A DNA stretch of 64,000 bases from assembly GCF_000142905.1 (NCBI RefSeq), contig NW_013657658.1, forward strand, positions 248,001 through 312,000. Direction: 5' to 3'. The notes under the pieces were generated by a model. It did no database searches. It was given only the letters and a program-made list of their open reading frames with translations, and was not told the DNA's origin. How positions within the stretch are numbered: position 1 is the first letter of the stretch; each line of letters starts with the position of its first letter. Shown piece after piece: positions 34,312 through 45,856 of this stretch. A program made the position numbers and the translations under genes. The DNA comes from Thecamonas trahens ATCC 50062. Lineage: Eukaryota; Protista; Apusomonadida.

Positions 34312-35906
34312 TTACTCGTTCTTGCCACGGCGGGCCTTGCGCTGCGGGCGGCGGCGGGCAACCTTGGGCTTGGCAAAGGTAACCTTCTCCTCCTTGGCCG
34401 GGGGTGGATGGTGGTGTGGATAAATTCGGCGTCGATGTCGGCGGCCTCAGAGATCTCGACCTTTGCGTCGATGGTGACGCCGGCGCCGGTGATCTGGGCG
34501 ATGGCGGCCTCCTTGCACGAGGAGAACAGCATGCGCTCCTTGATCTTGGACGAGAGCGGGCAAGAATAGACAAAGACGACAGCGGCGGTAGCGGCACCCT
34601 CAAACTCGTGCTTGTAGTTGAACACGTGATACGCCGGCGACTCGTCTGAGACGTGGGCGGCGAGCTCGGTGGCGTCGACAGAGGCAGCCTCGGCGAGATC
34701 GATAGTCTCGGCATCGAGGTCGAGGCGGAGCTGGACGTAGTTGAGCGAGCCAGCGGCAAGCTTGCTGATCTCGTCCGACGCAGCGCTGGTGAGGGGGAAG
34801 TCGACGCCGTGGACACCTGCGCGACCGACACCAACGTGGATCTCCATACGAGCCTCTTCCATCTTCTCGCGCTCAGCCATGGAGAGCACGTCATAGTCAG
34901 TCCCGTTCTGGGCCTCGAGATGTGCGGCGTAGCCCTCTGCGGTGAGCTCATCCTTGAGCGAGGCGTGCATCTCCGAAGTGAACACGTTCTCACCAAGCTG
35001 CTTCTTGACGTTATCCCGGGTCGATGCGTACAGCATCTTGTGGCGAACAGGGCAGGTATCCGGGACAAAGGAGAGGAACATCCACTCATGACCAAAGTCA
35101 GCATGGACCTCGTCCTTGCGGAAGAGAATGTAGCAGGCCACATCGTCCTCCAGCTCACCAGCGACCATACCAAAGTCGTCATCAAAGCTCCCTGCGGCAT
35201 CCATAGCCTTGACACATTCCACAGACTCTATGCAGGAGGAGGAGGAGGGAAAGGGGGGGTGGTGGTGAGTGAATGATTGTGTAAGGGGAGGCGGGGTGGG
35301 GGGGGAGGCCTCTCCCACCCCCCTTCTTCCGTCGGTGACCAAAAAAAGTCGTACACCTGGACAAAGGGCGGAGACGGCTGGAAGGTGGTAGAGGGGAGGG
35401 GGGTGTGGGGGATGTGGGGGGTGGAGGAAGGGGAAGGTGTGTTTTTGTGTGTGGTGGGGGGGGGGGGGGAGGGGATGGTAGTAGAGGGGGGANNNNNNNN
35501 NNNNNNNNNNNNNNNNNNNNNNNNNNNNNNNNNNNNNNNNNNNNNNNNNNNNNNNNNNNNNNNNNNNNNNNNNNNNNNNNNNNNNNNNNNNNCGTCGATG
35601 GGGGGGGGGGGGGAGGGGGAGTGGTAGTAGAGGGGGAAGGGGGGAGGGAGTGGAAGTGGTTGGGGGGATGGTCGGGAGGGAGGCTGTGTGCTGGTGTTGG
35701 TGGTGATCGTTGGGGAGGGGAGGGGAGGGGAGGGAGGGCGAAAGGGGAGCTGGAGGGGGCAAGGGCGACGGGGGAAGGGGAGGGGGTATGGGCGTACCGT
35801 CATGAATCTCAGCCTTGATCAGGCGGACGTTGCTCTCATCTGTGCGTGCATCACGGAAGGTGTCGGCGAGGGAGGCTGCCACAGAAATGCCAGACGAGTG
35901 GGACAT
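34312..35906 (-). CDS. TWF: Twinfilin (two ADF-H domains); exons 35906-35798 and 35227-34312; one-base frame break at 34400-34404
   Basis: MSHSSGI, FVPDTCPVRHKMLYASTR, VFVYSCP..KIKERMLFSSCK. The conserved tail FAKPK is in the shifted frame, ending at TAA 34312. Intron GTACGC..TAG. Confidence 0.93.
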
Positions 35907-37158
35907 GACAGAGGTGGAGCAAGGGAGAGAAGGGTGCTGTGGTAGGGGTGGTGCCGGTGGTCGTCGTCGTCGTCGTGTTGGGCAGTGTGGGTCAGCTGGC
36001 TGCCGGTGGCTCTTCCAGCGAAAAACGAAATCAAATCGTATTCCTCCGCAGCTCTCGGGCCTCGGGCCTGGGGCTTCAAGCCTCGGAGCTCGGGATCGGC
36101 AAGAAAGAGCGAGTTGCTGCATTGGGTTGATGATGAGACTACTTGGGCTGCAGAAGCGGTGTACGGTCCGCTGTGCAAGTGGCTTCCATCTCGTTCCCCG
36201 CGTGGATCGAGCGAATTGTGTAAATGGAGCAGGTCGTCCGCCATGCCACTGCATAGCCATCAACCCCTACTGGGTCGACCTTGATGAAGCCAGGGATCAT
36301 CAGCAAGTGGCTCACTTGCTGGCTCTGGACAACAATGATCGGTGCTGGCATTGATCCCAAGATGCCCCGCCCCACCTCTCGCCAAAGGGTCACACAGGGT
36401 GTGTCCCCACATTTGACCAACCATACCACCGATCGCGTCGACTCGGCTGGAACAAGGGGGGGGTGGTAGGATCAGAGCCAGAGCAAGGCTTACTCCCCCC
36501 TCCTCCCCTCTCGGTCAAACGAGAAGCCGCTTTGTCAGCTAAATAAAATGGGACATGACAGAGGTGGAGCAAGGGAGAGAAGGGTGCTGTGGTAGGGGTG
36601 GTGCCGGTGGTCGTCGTCGTCGTCGTGTTGGGCAGTGTGGGTCAGCTGGCTGCCGGTGGCTCTTCCAGCGAAAAACGAAATCAAATCGTATTCCTCCGCA
36701 GCTCTCGGGCCTCGGGCCTGGGGCTTCAAGCCTCGGAGCTCGGGATCGGCAAGAAAGAGCGAGTTGCTGCATTGGGTTGATGATGAGACTACTTGGGCTG
36801 CAGAAGCGGTGTACGGTCCGCTGTGCAAGTGGCTTCCATCTCGTTCCCCGCGTGGATCGAGCGAATTGTGTAAATGGAGCAGGTCGTCCGCCATGCCACT
36901 GCATAGCCATCAACCCCTACTGGGTCGACCTTGATGAAGCCAGGGATCATCAGCAAGTGGCTCACTTGCTGGCTCTGGACAACAATGATCGGTGCTGGCA
37001 TTGATCCCAAGATGCCCCACCTCTCGCCAAAGGGTCACACAGGGTGTGTCCCCACATTTGACCAACCATACCACCGATCGCGTCGACTCGGCTGGAACAA
37101 GGGGGGGGTGTAGGATCAGAGCCAGAGCAAGGCTTACTCCCCCCTCCTCCCCTCTCGG
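35899..37158. repeat. Near-identical direct tandem duplication (35899-36514 and 36549-37158) with a 34-bp unique spacer
   Basis: Sequences read as identical apart from a 5-bp indel and a 1-bp indel. Duplicate ORFs appear in the track. Confidence 0.95.
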
Positions 37159-37335
37159 GATACGTGGGGCGATGTGGCCCAAAGGGCAGCACAATTGGTA
37201 CGGCGTGTGCGGGAGAGGTGGGCCATCGATCGCACAGAGGTCAACTCCTGGCGTGCCACTGGGCACGGGCCAAAGCCCGTCCTTGGCAAGACGGGCACTT
37301 TACTCGGAAGCAGTTCTGGAGGGAGCAAGGCAGGG

Positions 37336-39051
37336 ATGAATGCGGTCCTCTGTCTCACTACCTTTTGTGAGAAGCATGGTCCAAGGGTGGTGTTCTGTAC
37401 TCAGTCGGTCGAGTCGGACGAGCTGAGCGCTCTCCACCTTGCTATCCAAGATGCTGCTCTTGCTCAGGGTGGTCCTCTTCCTGCTACGGCTGCTTCCATC
37501 TCTTCCTCTCCGGGTGTTTCTCCTCGAAAGCCTACTGCTCAACATGGATCATCATCGCTTTCGGGCCCAGCTTCTCCTGGTCGACCGTTGTCATCGATGT
37601 CAGCATCGTCGTTGTCATCGCCGCGTACTCGCTCGTCGCCGGCTCGCTCGCCACGCTCCGCAACTGATGCTGGAGCTGGTGGAAGCGGGTCTATGTCAGC
37701 AGCCTGCGCCTCGTGCGCCTCTATCCCTCCGGATGCCTTTCTTGTCTCGTACGACGAGGCCGCGCAGGTGTACTACGCGTCCACGGCGTCGCCGCAGCAG
37801 GCCGACTACAAATGGCTGCAAGAGATCGCACTTCGCTCGCTCACCCACGAGCAGTGCCCGGGCATGGACGGCCCTATCGTGTTTGGTGACCCGGTCATGG
37901 GCTACGCTCTTGCGCACATGTTCAAGATTTCTGACGCCAAGGCACGCGGCGGCTGCCGCCTCTACTCGCTGGTCCTCGTCGTCCCGGATGAGGTCCATCT
38001 CGTCGCCTGCTGGGACGTCGTCACCCAGCACTTTGCTGCCATCGTTTGTGGCCTCAAAGCCAAGTCAAAGCTAGTGTACAACCTCGAGGGCGCGTCGCGC
38101 CAGCTAGGCCCGCGCTTTGCCCGCCAGCGCATGGCTGTCGTCCAGCGCTCGCTCGCCGAGCTTGTCGGCGGCATGGACTCGCTCTTCCCCTTTCTCCACG
38201 CCCAGCATGCCTGGATCATCCAGTCGTTTGGCCGCCGTCTTTTCCAGCGCCGCATCGAGGGTGCTCTGCCGGTCGCTCCAGCCCCGGCTTCGCCCTCGCT
38301 CTCGCAGGCCAGCCTCTCGTCGACCTCGAGCTCAGATACGGAGCGAAGCGCATCAATTTCGCTCGAGCTCGCAGATCTTGCCGCACTTGTCGACGTTGAA
38401 GGCCTCGCCTGCGTCTTCTTCCACCTCATCATCGGCAACCAGGTTGTAGTCCGCGGCGGCTCGCCCTGGCTCGTCTCGGCCGTCCTCGACCTCCTCGCTA
38501 CCCTTCTTCCACCGGCATGCGTCTCGAGCCTCTCCTCCGATACCTACGCAGACACCTGGCGGTGCAATTTGCTTGGCATCCCGTCGCGAGTCCGCATTCC
38601 CAAGCACGTCGACGCCTCGGCCTTTGTCCTCGTTGACATGCTTGCGCCGGGTCGAACTGGCGGCGGCGGGGCCAGGAGCCGCAGCGGTGCGCCGCCGGCC
38701 AACACTGCCGAGCTCCGCACCCTCCTCGCTGGCCAGCGCGTGTGCATCGTCGGCTCGTACCGCGAGACCACCCTCGGTGCCAAGCTCTTCTTTGCCGCCA
38801 CAACCCTCGACCGCGCCCTTGTCGCCGACTACGTCCACGCACTCAAGATCGAGTGGCACAACAAGGCCAAGGCTTTCTTTAAGTTTGCCAAGCTCCACAC
38901 CCTCAATGACGACGCCAAGGTCAAGGCCTTCCTCACCGCCCTCCATCTCTCCGACTCGGATCTTCTTGTTCTCCGGTTCTGGACGGCTGGCCTCGCGCGG
39001 CCACTCCGTGCCGCCGCCGCCTCCTCCACGGCAGCCACCGCGTCCAGCTAG
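37336..39051 (+). CDS. FLCN: Folliculin (longin + DENN)
   Basis: MNAVLCLTTFCEKHGPRVVFCTQ, CASCAS, RSLTHEQCPGMDGPIVFGD, FKISDAKARGG, IIGNQVVVRG, LKIEWHNKAK, LRFWTAGL. Confidence 0.93.
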   Translation: MNAVLCLTTFCEKHGPRVVFCTQSVESDELSALHLAIQDAALAQGGPLPATAASISSSPGVSPRKPTAQHGSSSLSGPASPGRPLSSMSASSLSSPRTRSSPARSPRSATDAGAGGSGSMSAACASCASIPPDAFLVSYDEAAQVYYASTASPQQADYKWLQEIALRSLTHEQCPGMDGPIVFGDPVMGYALAHMFKISDAKARGGCRLYSLVLVVPDEVHLVACWDVVTQHFAAIVCGLKAKSKLVYNLEGASRQLGPRFARQRMAVVQRSLAELVGGMDSLFPFLHAQHAWIIQSFGRRLFQRRIEGALPVAPAPASPSLSQASLSSTSSSDTERSASISLELADLAALVDVEGLACVFFHLIIGNQVVVRGGSPWLVSAVLDLLATLLPPACVSSLSSDTYADTWRCNLLGIPSRVRIPKHVDASAFVLVDMLAPGRTGGGGARSRSGAPPANTAELRTLLAGQRVCIVGSYRETTLGAKLFFAATTLDRALVADYVHALKIEWHNKAKAFFKFAKLHTLNDDAKVKAFLTALHLSDSDLLVLRFWTAGLARPLRAAAASSTAATASS

Positions 39052-39106
39052 CGCGCTGTGGCAATTGTAAAAGGTCAAGGATGTGTTCATTATTCATCGC
39101 CACGGC

Positions 39107-41209
39107 TCACGACGAGACGATCAGCGAGGGATACAACGAGGCCGGCCAGGCGTCGCTCGAGCTGGAGCCCGATGCGGGCGACCCGCCACCGCCTGACGAG
39201 CTGCTCTTGTCCGACGCTGGCGACATGGCCTGCGCCTTCAGAAAGTGCTGCCGCTCGCGCTGAAGCTCGTCCTGCGTCCGCGCCAGTGGCGGATCGTCGT
39301 GCGCGAGGTAGAAGACTCGCGACGGCGAGAGCGTGATCGAGGCGTCGAGAACCTGCGGCGGGTCAACAAGTGAGAGCGGCATCGGCGGCGAGCTCCACAT
39401 TGGCTTGCGCCGCTTACGGGTCCGCGAGCCCGACGGCGAGTAGCTCGGCGAAAACCGCGTCGGCGAGCCGTGGTCCGGCGACCGCTGGCGGCGCTTGCGC
39501 GACGATGTCGATCGCTCCTTCATGGCAGCGATGGACGAGAGCTGCTGCGAGGTCGTCAGCGTACCCGGAAGCGTTTCATAGACCGGTGCCAGAATAGCAG
39601 CCTTGGTCGAGACCGTCGGCATCTGCCGCTCCTTGCTCCGGCGGATCGAGATGCGCCGCGACGGCGTCGGCTCGCACGAGACTGAGCCTTCTGTCGAAGG
39701 TGTCGACGGCGGAAGGAGCATCCGGGATGACGGCGGCGAAACAGAGCTCGCTGCCGACGACGAGCGCGACGAGGCGCGCTCCATGACCGAAAACGCGCCA
39801 CCGCTCGATTCCAGTGACGGTGACGCGAGCGCCATGCGCTTTGAAGGCGATGGCACCGACGCGAGCGATGTCGGGGCACTCGACGCCGCCGCTGCCGCCG
39901 CGCGGGTCACCCGCGCCGCTGCACGCGGCCGCCGCGCGCTCGGCCGCAGCCCGCGGAGCATCAGCGGCGGGCTGTCAAACTGCGACGGCGAGAACGGGAC
40001 GCCGTCGTCGGGCTCGGCAAGCGCAGGCGCCGGCGACGACGACGGATTGATAGGGATCGGCGCAATCGGCGTCTGGGTGGCAGACCGCAGCGCCACCCGT
40101 CCCAGTGGTGGCGAGCCCATGGTGGTCGAAAAGAGCGATGGCGGTGGCGACAGCAGCATGTTCGCCCGCCCGGCACGCCGCGGGTCCGACCCGCTCGGCC
40201 CAGCCCGCGACGCTCCCGAGCTTCTTGAAGACGACACCGGCATCGGCGCGCTTGTACCCACCACCCGCGACGCCGAAGGTCGCGAACCGGTCCGGTACAC
40301 CGGACCCGACGGCGGCGAGAAGAGCTCTGTCCGCAGCGGGCGCTTGCTCTCTGCAGCAGCCGGCGCCAGCGGGCTGTCGAGCCGCGCTGCGCTGCTCATC
40401 TTGTACACCCGATGCGCCTGCGCAAGCGTCATCGTCGACGCCGCAAGCTTGGCCGTCATCGGCTCGCTCATCTCGCCTGACGGAATGTGGCCTTTGATGG
40501 GCGAGAAGAGGTCAAACAGATTGAGGTCGTCCGAAATAAGTGACGACGCAGACTCCTCGCCTTCGTCCTTGTCACCGGCCGCCGGCGACGCCGACCGCTC
40601 CTTGCCGCTGGCCTTGGCCTCGCGCGCAAGCTCGGCCGCCACCCGCGTTGTCGTTGCCGGTCCGGCGGCGGCGCCGGGCACAGTCGGCGCTGTCACCGCC
40701 GGCGGCGATGCCGACTTTGATTGCGACGCAGACTTGGCCGCCTTGCGCGACGCTTTGGCCTTGCTTCGGCTGGCCGAGCTCTTCTTCCGCGCCGCCGCAG
40801 CCTTGGACGCTCCCGACGCCGACGTCGACGGGCCCGAGGCCCCGCCCTGAATCTTGCGCTTGAGCGACGAGTTCCAGTGGTTCTTAATGGCGTTGTCCGT
40901 CCGCCCGGGCAGGAGCTTGGCAATCTCCGCCCACCGGTTGCCCATCCGCGAGTGGGCCGAGAGAATGACCGTGTCCTCGATGACCGTCCACGGGCCCTTG
41001 TAGATCGCCGGGTTGATATGGTTGTGCCACCGCTCACGGCACTGCTTCCCGATCCGTCCGGGCAGGTGCTCAGCAATCATGGTCCACTTCACGGGACCAT
41101 GCTTCTCCACTAGCAGCCGCACCAGCTCGTCCTCCTGCGGCGTCCACGCGCCTTTCAGCACCTCCTTCCGCCCCTTCTTCTTCTTCTTCACCTGCGTCGT
41201 TGTCGTCAT
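39107..41209 (-). CDS. MYB: c-Myb/B-Myb-type R2R3 transcription factor with a long Ser/Pro-rich tail
   Basis: [57 protein letters not shown]; many SP/TP sites. Confidence 0.92.
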   Translation of the reverse strand: MTTTTQVKKKKKGRKEVLKGAWTPQEDELVRLLVEKHGPVKWTMIAEHLPGRIGKQCRERWHNHINPAIYKGPWTVIEDTVILSAHSRMGNRWAEIAKLLPGRTDNAIKNHWNSSLKRKIQGGASGPSTSASGASKAAAARKKSSASRSKAKASRKAAKSASQSKSASPPAVTAPTVPGAAAGPATTTRVAAELAREAKASGKERSASPAAGDKDEGEESASSLISDDLNLFDLFSPIKGHIPSGEMSEPMTAKLAASTMTLAQAHRVYKMSSAARLDSPLAPAAAESKRPLRTELFSPPSGPVYRTGSRPSASRVVGTSAPMPVSSSRSSGASRAGPSGSDPRRAGRANMLLSPPPSLFSTTMGSPPLGRVALRSATQTPIAPIPINPSSSPAPALAEPDDGVPFSPSQFDSPPLMLRGLRPSARRPRAAARVTRAAAAAASSAPTSLASVPSPSKRMALASPSLESSGGAFSVMERASSRSSSAASSVSPPSSRMLLPPSTPSTEGSVSCEPTPSRRISIRRSKERQMPTVSTKAAILAPVYETLPGTLTTSQQLSSIAAMKERSTSSRKRRQRSPDHGSPTRFSPSYSPSGSRTRKRRKPMWSSPPMPLSLVDPPQVLDASITLSPSRVFYLAHDDPPLARTQDELQRERQHFLKAQAMSPASDKSSSSGGGGSPASGSSSSDAWPASLYPSLIVSS

Positions 41210-41282
41210 TCCGCTTCTACCGCCATCGCCCCACACCCACACAGACCGCAGCCATTGTTGGTGAGCCTCTCTCTCTCATGAG

Positions 41283-41328
41283 TTTTTGCGCCATTTTTGG
41301 TCGACTCGGCCAAAATTCAAAATTTTCG
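41283..41328 (-). promoter_or_regulatory. Candidate CHR (TTTGAA) plus E2F-like element 5' of the Myb ATG
   Basis: CGAAAATTTTGAATTT at 41328-41313; TTTTGCGCC at 41284-41292; TTTGGCGC at 41559-41566. Confidence 0.55.
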
Positions 41329-42602
41329 TTCGGCGCTCTCCACATCCCGCGCGCGCGGCTCACCCGCACCACACCTTCCGGCCTCGCACACTGCGTGTAT
41401 GCCAGCTTCTTCATCGTCCTCTACACACAGCACCATGTGCCACTACCTTCTCTACTACAGGCTGCGACTTGCTGCTCTCGCGAAGCTCTTGGTCGCTCCA
41501 TACGAGCTCGATGGTGATGGGCATAGTGTGGCGTGGGAGTGGTCATTGGGCCACAAAGTTTGGCGCACTGCCTGACGCGGGGAGGGGGAGGTGGGCGACG
41601 GCGCCAAGGCAAGCCACAAGGAAAAGGTGGGGGGGGGTGTAATGGCAAGGGGGGGAGACAATGGGCATTGTGTAGACCAAGATGAAGTTATTCGTACCTG
41701 TGGTGGCGGTGTTGGACGTGATGTAGTGTGTTGCAGAACAAGATCACAAACCAAGTAGACTCTCTTGTGTCCCTTCGCCTGGTGTCGAACTTGGCGCCCT
41801 TCCGCCGTGCCAAGGTGAAGTCTTGCTCAATTTGTCCATTACTCGTTCATTCGTTCATTCGTCACCACCTCCCCCCCCTCCCCCTCCCGTGCTCTTTTTC
41901 GTGTTCAATGTTTTTGACATCATTTAATCGTTGGAGCTCGGCTGAGGCTACCGTCAGTGGCCCGGCCCGCCTGCCTCGCTGGCCATCGCATCAACTATGC
42001 GCGTTGAAGCAGACGACTGTCACCAAAGCTTCTCAATCTTTGTTATTTGTTGTATCTCTGCACAATACACTCACTGCAGGATCTCTATTCCTTTCCCCCT
42101 CCCGCCCAGTCCTGCTTACTGCAATCTGCTTGCTGACATGGAATTGGAATAGCCTTGGAAGGTTGGATTTGGTCGGTCGACCGCATCAACTTGACGGATT
42201 CGCCGCGCCTGCCCCGCGAGAGCAGCTCCTCATTCACATGCTCTGCCATGGGGATGATGAACAAGTAGAACTGAGAGAATGTGTGACTGATACAGATTAC
42301 GACATGTTGCACCTTCTCCATGGGTTGTACATCATGCATTGGGGGCTGCTGGCAAGAGGTCAATGTGCCGCCCATATCAGCCAAGCTTGTTGGGGAGAGG
42401 CGGCAGCAGCAGGTTGGCTGGCGAGGCGAGGCCGTGGCCTGAGTCTGGAGGGGAAGGTGGGGGGGGGTAACAAGTGTCTCACTCGAGGAGTGCAGCAGAC
42501 GAGACTGAGGGGTCAAGAGAGCGCACAACAAGACGGGGAACAAGTGTAACCTCTCTTCTACACATAGACATACTTGTTGTCTCTATACCTCTGTGCATGC
42601 TC

Positions 42603-44260
42603 ATGCCTGAGCCCAGGACGGCGGTCCTCCTCCTCGTCCTCCTCGGCCTGCTTCTGTTCAGCCCGAGTTCCGAAGCTGCTGGGGTACGGGTTGCGAGAGG
42701 GAGGGGGAGGAGAGAGAGGGGGGGGGGGGAGGAAGTGGGGAAGGTGTTGGTGGTGTAGGCATGAACTCATGATGATGCTGGTGGTGGTGATGGTGATGGT
42801 GGCTGTGATGGTGATGGCGGTGGTGATTGTGGCAACGATCGTGTCATGGTGGTGATGGTGATGGTTTCAATGATGGTCACGATCATATACCTGTTGTTTC
42901 CACGTTGTGCTCCAACCGGGGTCATGGGTGATGATGGTCCTATCCTGGCGACTACCTCTCCCACCTCTACAGCCAAAGCCCTGCTGCGCGTCACCGCCTT
43001 CGACGGTGCAGTGCACCAACGAGACAGTGTACGATCGGGTGACAGCGGCACAGCCGACATGTGCCACCACCTGGGGCCCGTCGTGCGTGGATACGGTGCG
43101 GTCAGAGTTCCCAGGCTACTGCCCCGTTCCGCCGACCGGGTGCCAGGCGACGTGCGACTTTGAGGGTCCGAACGGGGAGCGGTGCTTCTGGGAAGAGTGC
43201 GACGACGGTAACTTCAACAACACCGACTACTGCACCAACAGCTGCGATCTGGCCCGCTGCGGTGACGGCATTGTGCAGGCGGTAATTGGCGAAGAGTGCG
43301 ACGCTGGCGCCGCCAACGCCGAGGGCGGCGCCTGCCTCCCCACCTGCAAGATCGCCCGCTGCGGCGACGGCTTTGTTCGCACCGGCATCGAGGCGTGCGA
43401 CGACGGCAACACCAACGATGCCGATGGCTGCCTTTCGACCTGCGTCCTGGCGGTATGTGGCGATGGCATCTTCCGCTCCGACCCCGGCTCGCCCGAAGAG
43501 TGCGACGACGGAAACGCCATCAACACCGACGGCTGCCTCGCCAACTGCAGGCTCCCGCGCTGTGGCGACGGCTTTGTCCATGCAGGCGTCGAGGCGTGCG
43601 ACCTCGGGACCGGTAACTCGGACAGCCTGCCTAACACATGTCGGCTCAACTGCACGCTGCCGACCTGCGGCGACGGCGTGATCGACTCGACGAACCTGGA
43701 GATGTGTGACCCGGGCGGCCTCATCTCTGACTCGGGCTGCTGTGTCAGCTGCAAGTTTACGCCCGGCGCGTGCTCGTCGTGCATGAACTTGACGCACGCC
43801 CTGCAGGGCACTTGCGTCAGCGGTGTGTGCACCACCGGCGCACCCGTCTCCTGCGCCCCGTACGTCTGCGACAGCATCGAGTCGATCTGCCTCACCCGGT
43901 GTGCCACAGACTCACAGTGCCTGCCCGGCTACGGATGCTCGGGCTCGTCAGTGTGTGTGCCCAACAGCGAGCTCGACGCCTTTGGCCTATTTCCGTCGCC
44001 GCCGCTCAGCACAAGCGTTGTCGGCCGCTACGCCTTTCTCATCTGCCTCCTCGCCTTTACCGCCGTTGGCGTGGCCCTCGTCGCTGTCGCTCGCTGGCAC
44101 ACCGAAAGGCCTCGTCCAAGGCCGATGCTGCTGCTGACGCCGAGGCCCACACCGCGCTCATCGGCGGCGGCTTTGACGACGCCGCCACTGTGGGATGGGC
44201 GTCGGCTTCGTCGGTCGCCACAGCCTCATCCACAGCAACGTCAACCTCGACCTCGGCCCT

Positions 44261-44291
<31 letters not shown>

Positions 44292-44342
44292 ACCTCGAGC
44301 TCCACGTCATCATCCTCAAGTAGATTGGACTCGTCATCGTAG
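42603..44342 (+). CDS. Type I membrane protein with Myxococcus-type cysteine-rich repeats (CGDG..EECDDGN..DGC); exons 42603-42683 and 42973-44342; frame break near 44097
   Basis: Signal peptide AVLLLVLLGLLLFSPSSEA; intron GTACGG..CAG, phase 0; about 6 repeats; TM FLICLLAFTAVGVALVAV. The tail reads sensibly only in the shifted frame. Confidence 0.8.
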
Positions 44343-44432
44343 CGTAGCCGTCCTTTCATTACAGAGTCACATCCATAGCTTCTGGCCTGGCCTCTCCTGC
44401 ATGTCTGACTCGTCGTCGCAGCGTGCACACTA

Positions 44433-45103
44433 TCATGCGTCGCGCAGCGCCATCTTCTCCAGCACCAAGCGGAGGATCTCGTCGTGTGATGTATGAGCAT
44501 CGAGCGAGTCACCGATGTCATAAACCCGAGCCACTGCCGCCATATCCGCCACCTGCATCCAATCATGCTCGTCAGCACCCACAGGGACCATCGTGCCCGC
44601 CACCTTGCCACACACCTCCTTCATCGCCTCTGCGTCGCCGTCAACCCAAACAAGGACCAACGACTTGGACTTTTTCGACACACCATGGTTCTTGAACGCC
44701 GCCGAGATCTATACGCCCAGGTATCGCATCATGGTGTTGGTGTGAGTATCGCTCGTGTGTGTGTATGGGGTGGTGGTGGTGGGGGAGAGGGCGAGAGGTG
44801 GTGGACTGGTGATGAGCGTACGCTGGACGATGGTGAGAGCCCGTAGATGATCTCCGAGTGGACGGTGTGTGTGATGAGCGAGTTTGAAGCGTCTGCAAGC
44901 AGTGCACGCATGGTAGCAATGGCCAGCTGTGTCGGACCAATGACAAGGCTTCCATCTAGGACGGCCAGCTGACCGAGACTGCCGCTCATGGCCTCCTTGC
45001 GGATGCTGGCGGCATTGGTCACCTCTACAAACCGCACAGCCGACACCACTCGCTCTGGAAACAGCTCACACTCTAGCTGCACCACCTCCAACTCGCCAGA
45101 CAT
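44433..45103 (-). CDS. TPRKB: KEOPS complex subunit CGI-121/TPRKB; exons 45103-44822 and 44708-44433
   Basis: LFPER..VTNAASIRK..LITHTVHSEIIYGLSPSSS|ISAAFKNHGV..MALRD; intron GTACGC..TAG. Confidence 0.9.
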
Positions 45104-45856
45104 CCTTCTGTCTTCCTTGCTCGAGTCGTGTGTTTCGACGCGAGAGACTCTGAAGACCTCGTCGTCGCTCCGTCCGGTCGTCGCTCCGTCCGGTCGTCGC
45201 GTCGCGACTGAACGGTCCCTCTGCGCAAGCCATCGATGCTGGTGAGTGAAACTGTACTGGGCGCCGATTGCCACCATGCTGTGCTCTCATCAACATGTTT
45301 AGGCGCATGTATGGTCTCGGGCGTCTTTTGGTCGTAGTACTACCCGGGAGCGTCGTCCTCGCGCAGCTTCCGCACGCAGCTTCCTCGTCTAGACCTCGTA
45401 TGTACTCATTGATGAAGACCACGGTCACGGTAGGAAGGCCCAACAAGTGGCGATACAATGCAAGGCTGAACTGCTTGTAACAATGTGCAGTGATTGCAAG
45501 GATGATCGCCCAGACCGGCGACGTTGACCAGGCCAGCCCGTCAATCACCGTTTGCAGGTCACCATAGCCAACATGGTCGTCGAGTTGATCGTCATTGCGA
45601 CCACGATCATAGCCGTACTCAGTGATACCGTAATGTTCAACTCTCGAGCACCAACCATCACTGCCATTAACTAAGATCGCTTGTCCGTATCCGCCAGCAG
45701 CGACAGCGGCAGGGCAGCAATTGCACGTCCCTTGTCATGCAACACGCATGCTGCCACAAAGGTGAGGCTGCTTTCCTTGCCAAAAGTTGGCAGCAGAAGC
45801 GGGCACCGGAAGGGAGAGAGGGGAGAGATGAGCATTCTCGTCTCATTGTTAGCAAC

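Noticed and set aside
33504-36263. 919-aa ORF suggesting a twinfilin fusion
   Set aside because: It reads through an intron and an N gap, then runs antisense to the WD40 gene after the 34400 frame break.
41728-42549. 273-aa + strand and 152-aa - strand ORFs in a lower-GC intergenic region
   Set aside because: Atypical codon usage and no motifs; no Myb R1 exon found there.
44342-44496. Apparent overlap of the Cys-rich ORF with CGI-121
   Set aside because: It disappears once the frame break near 44097 is corrected (stop at 44342).
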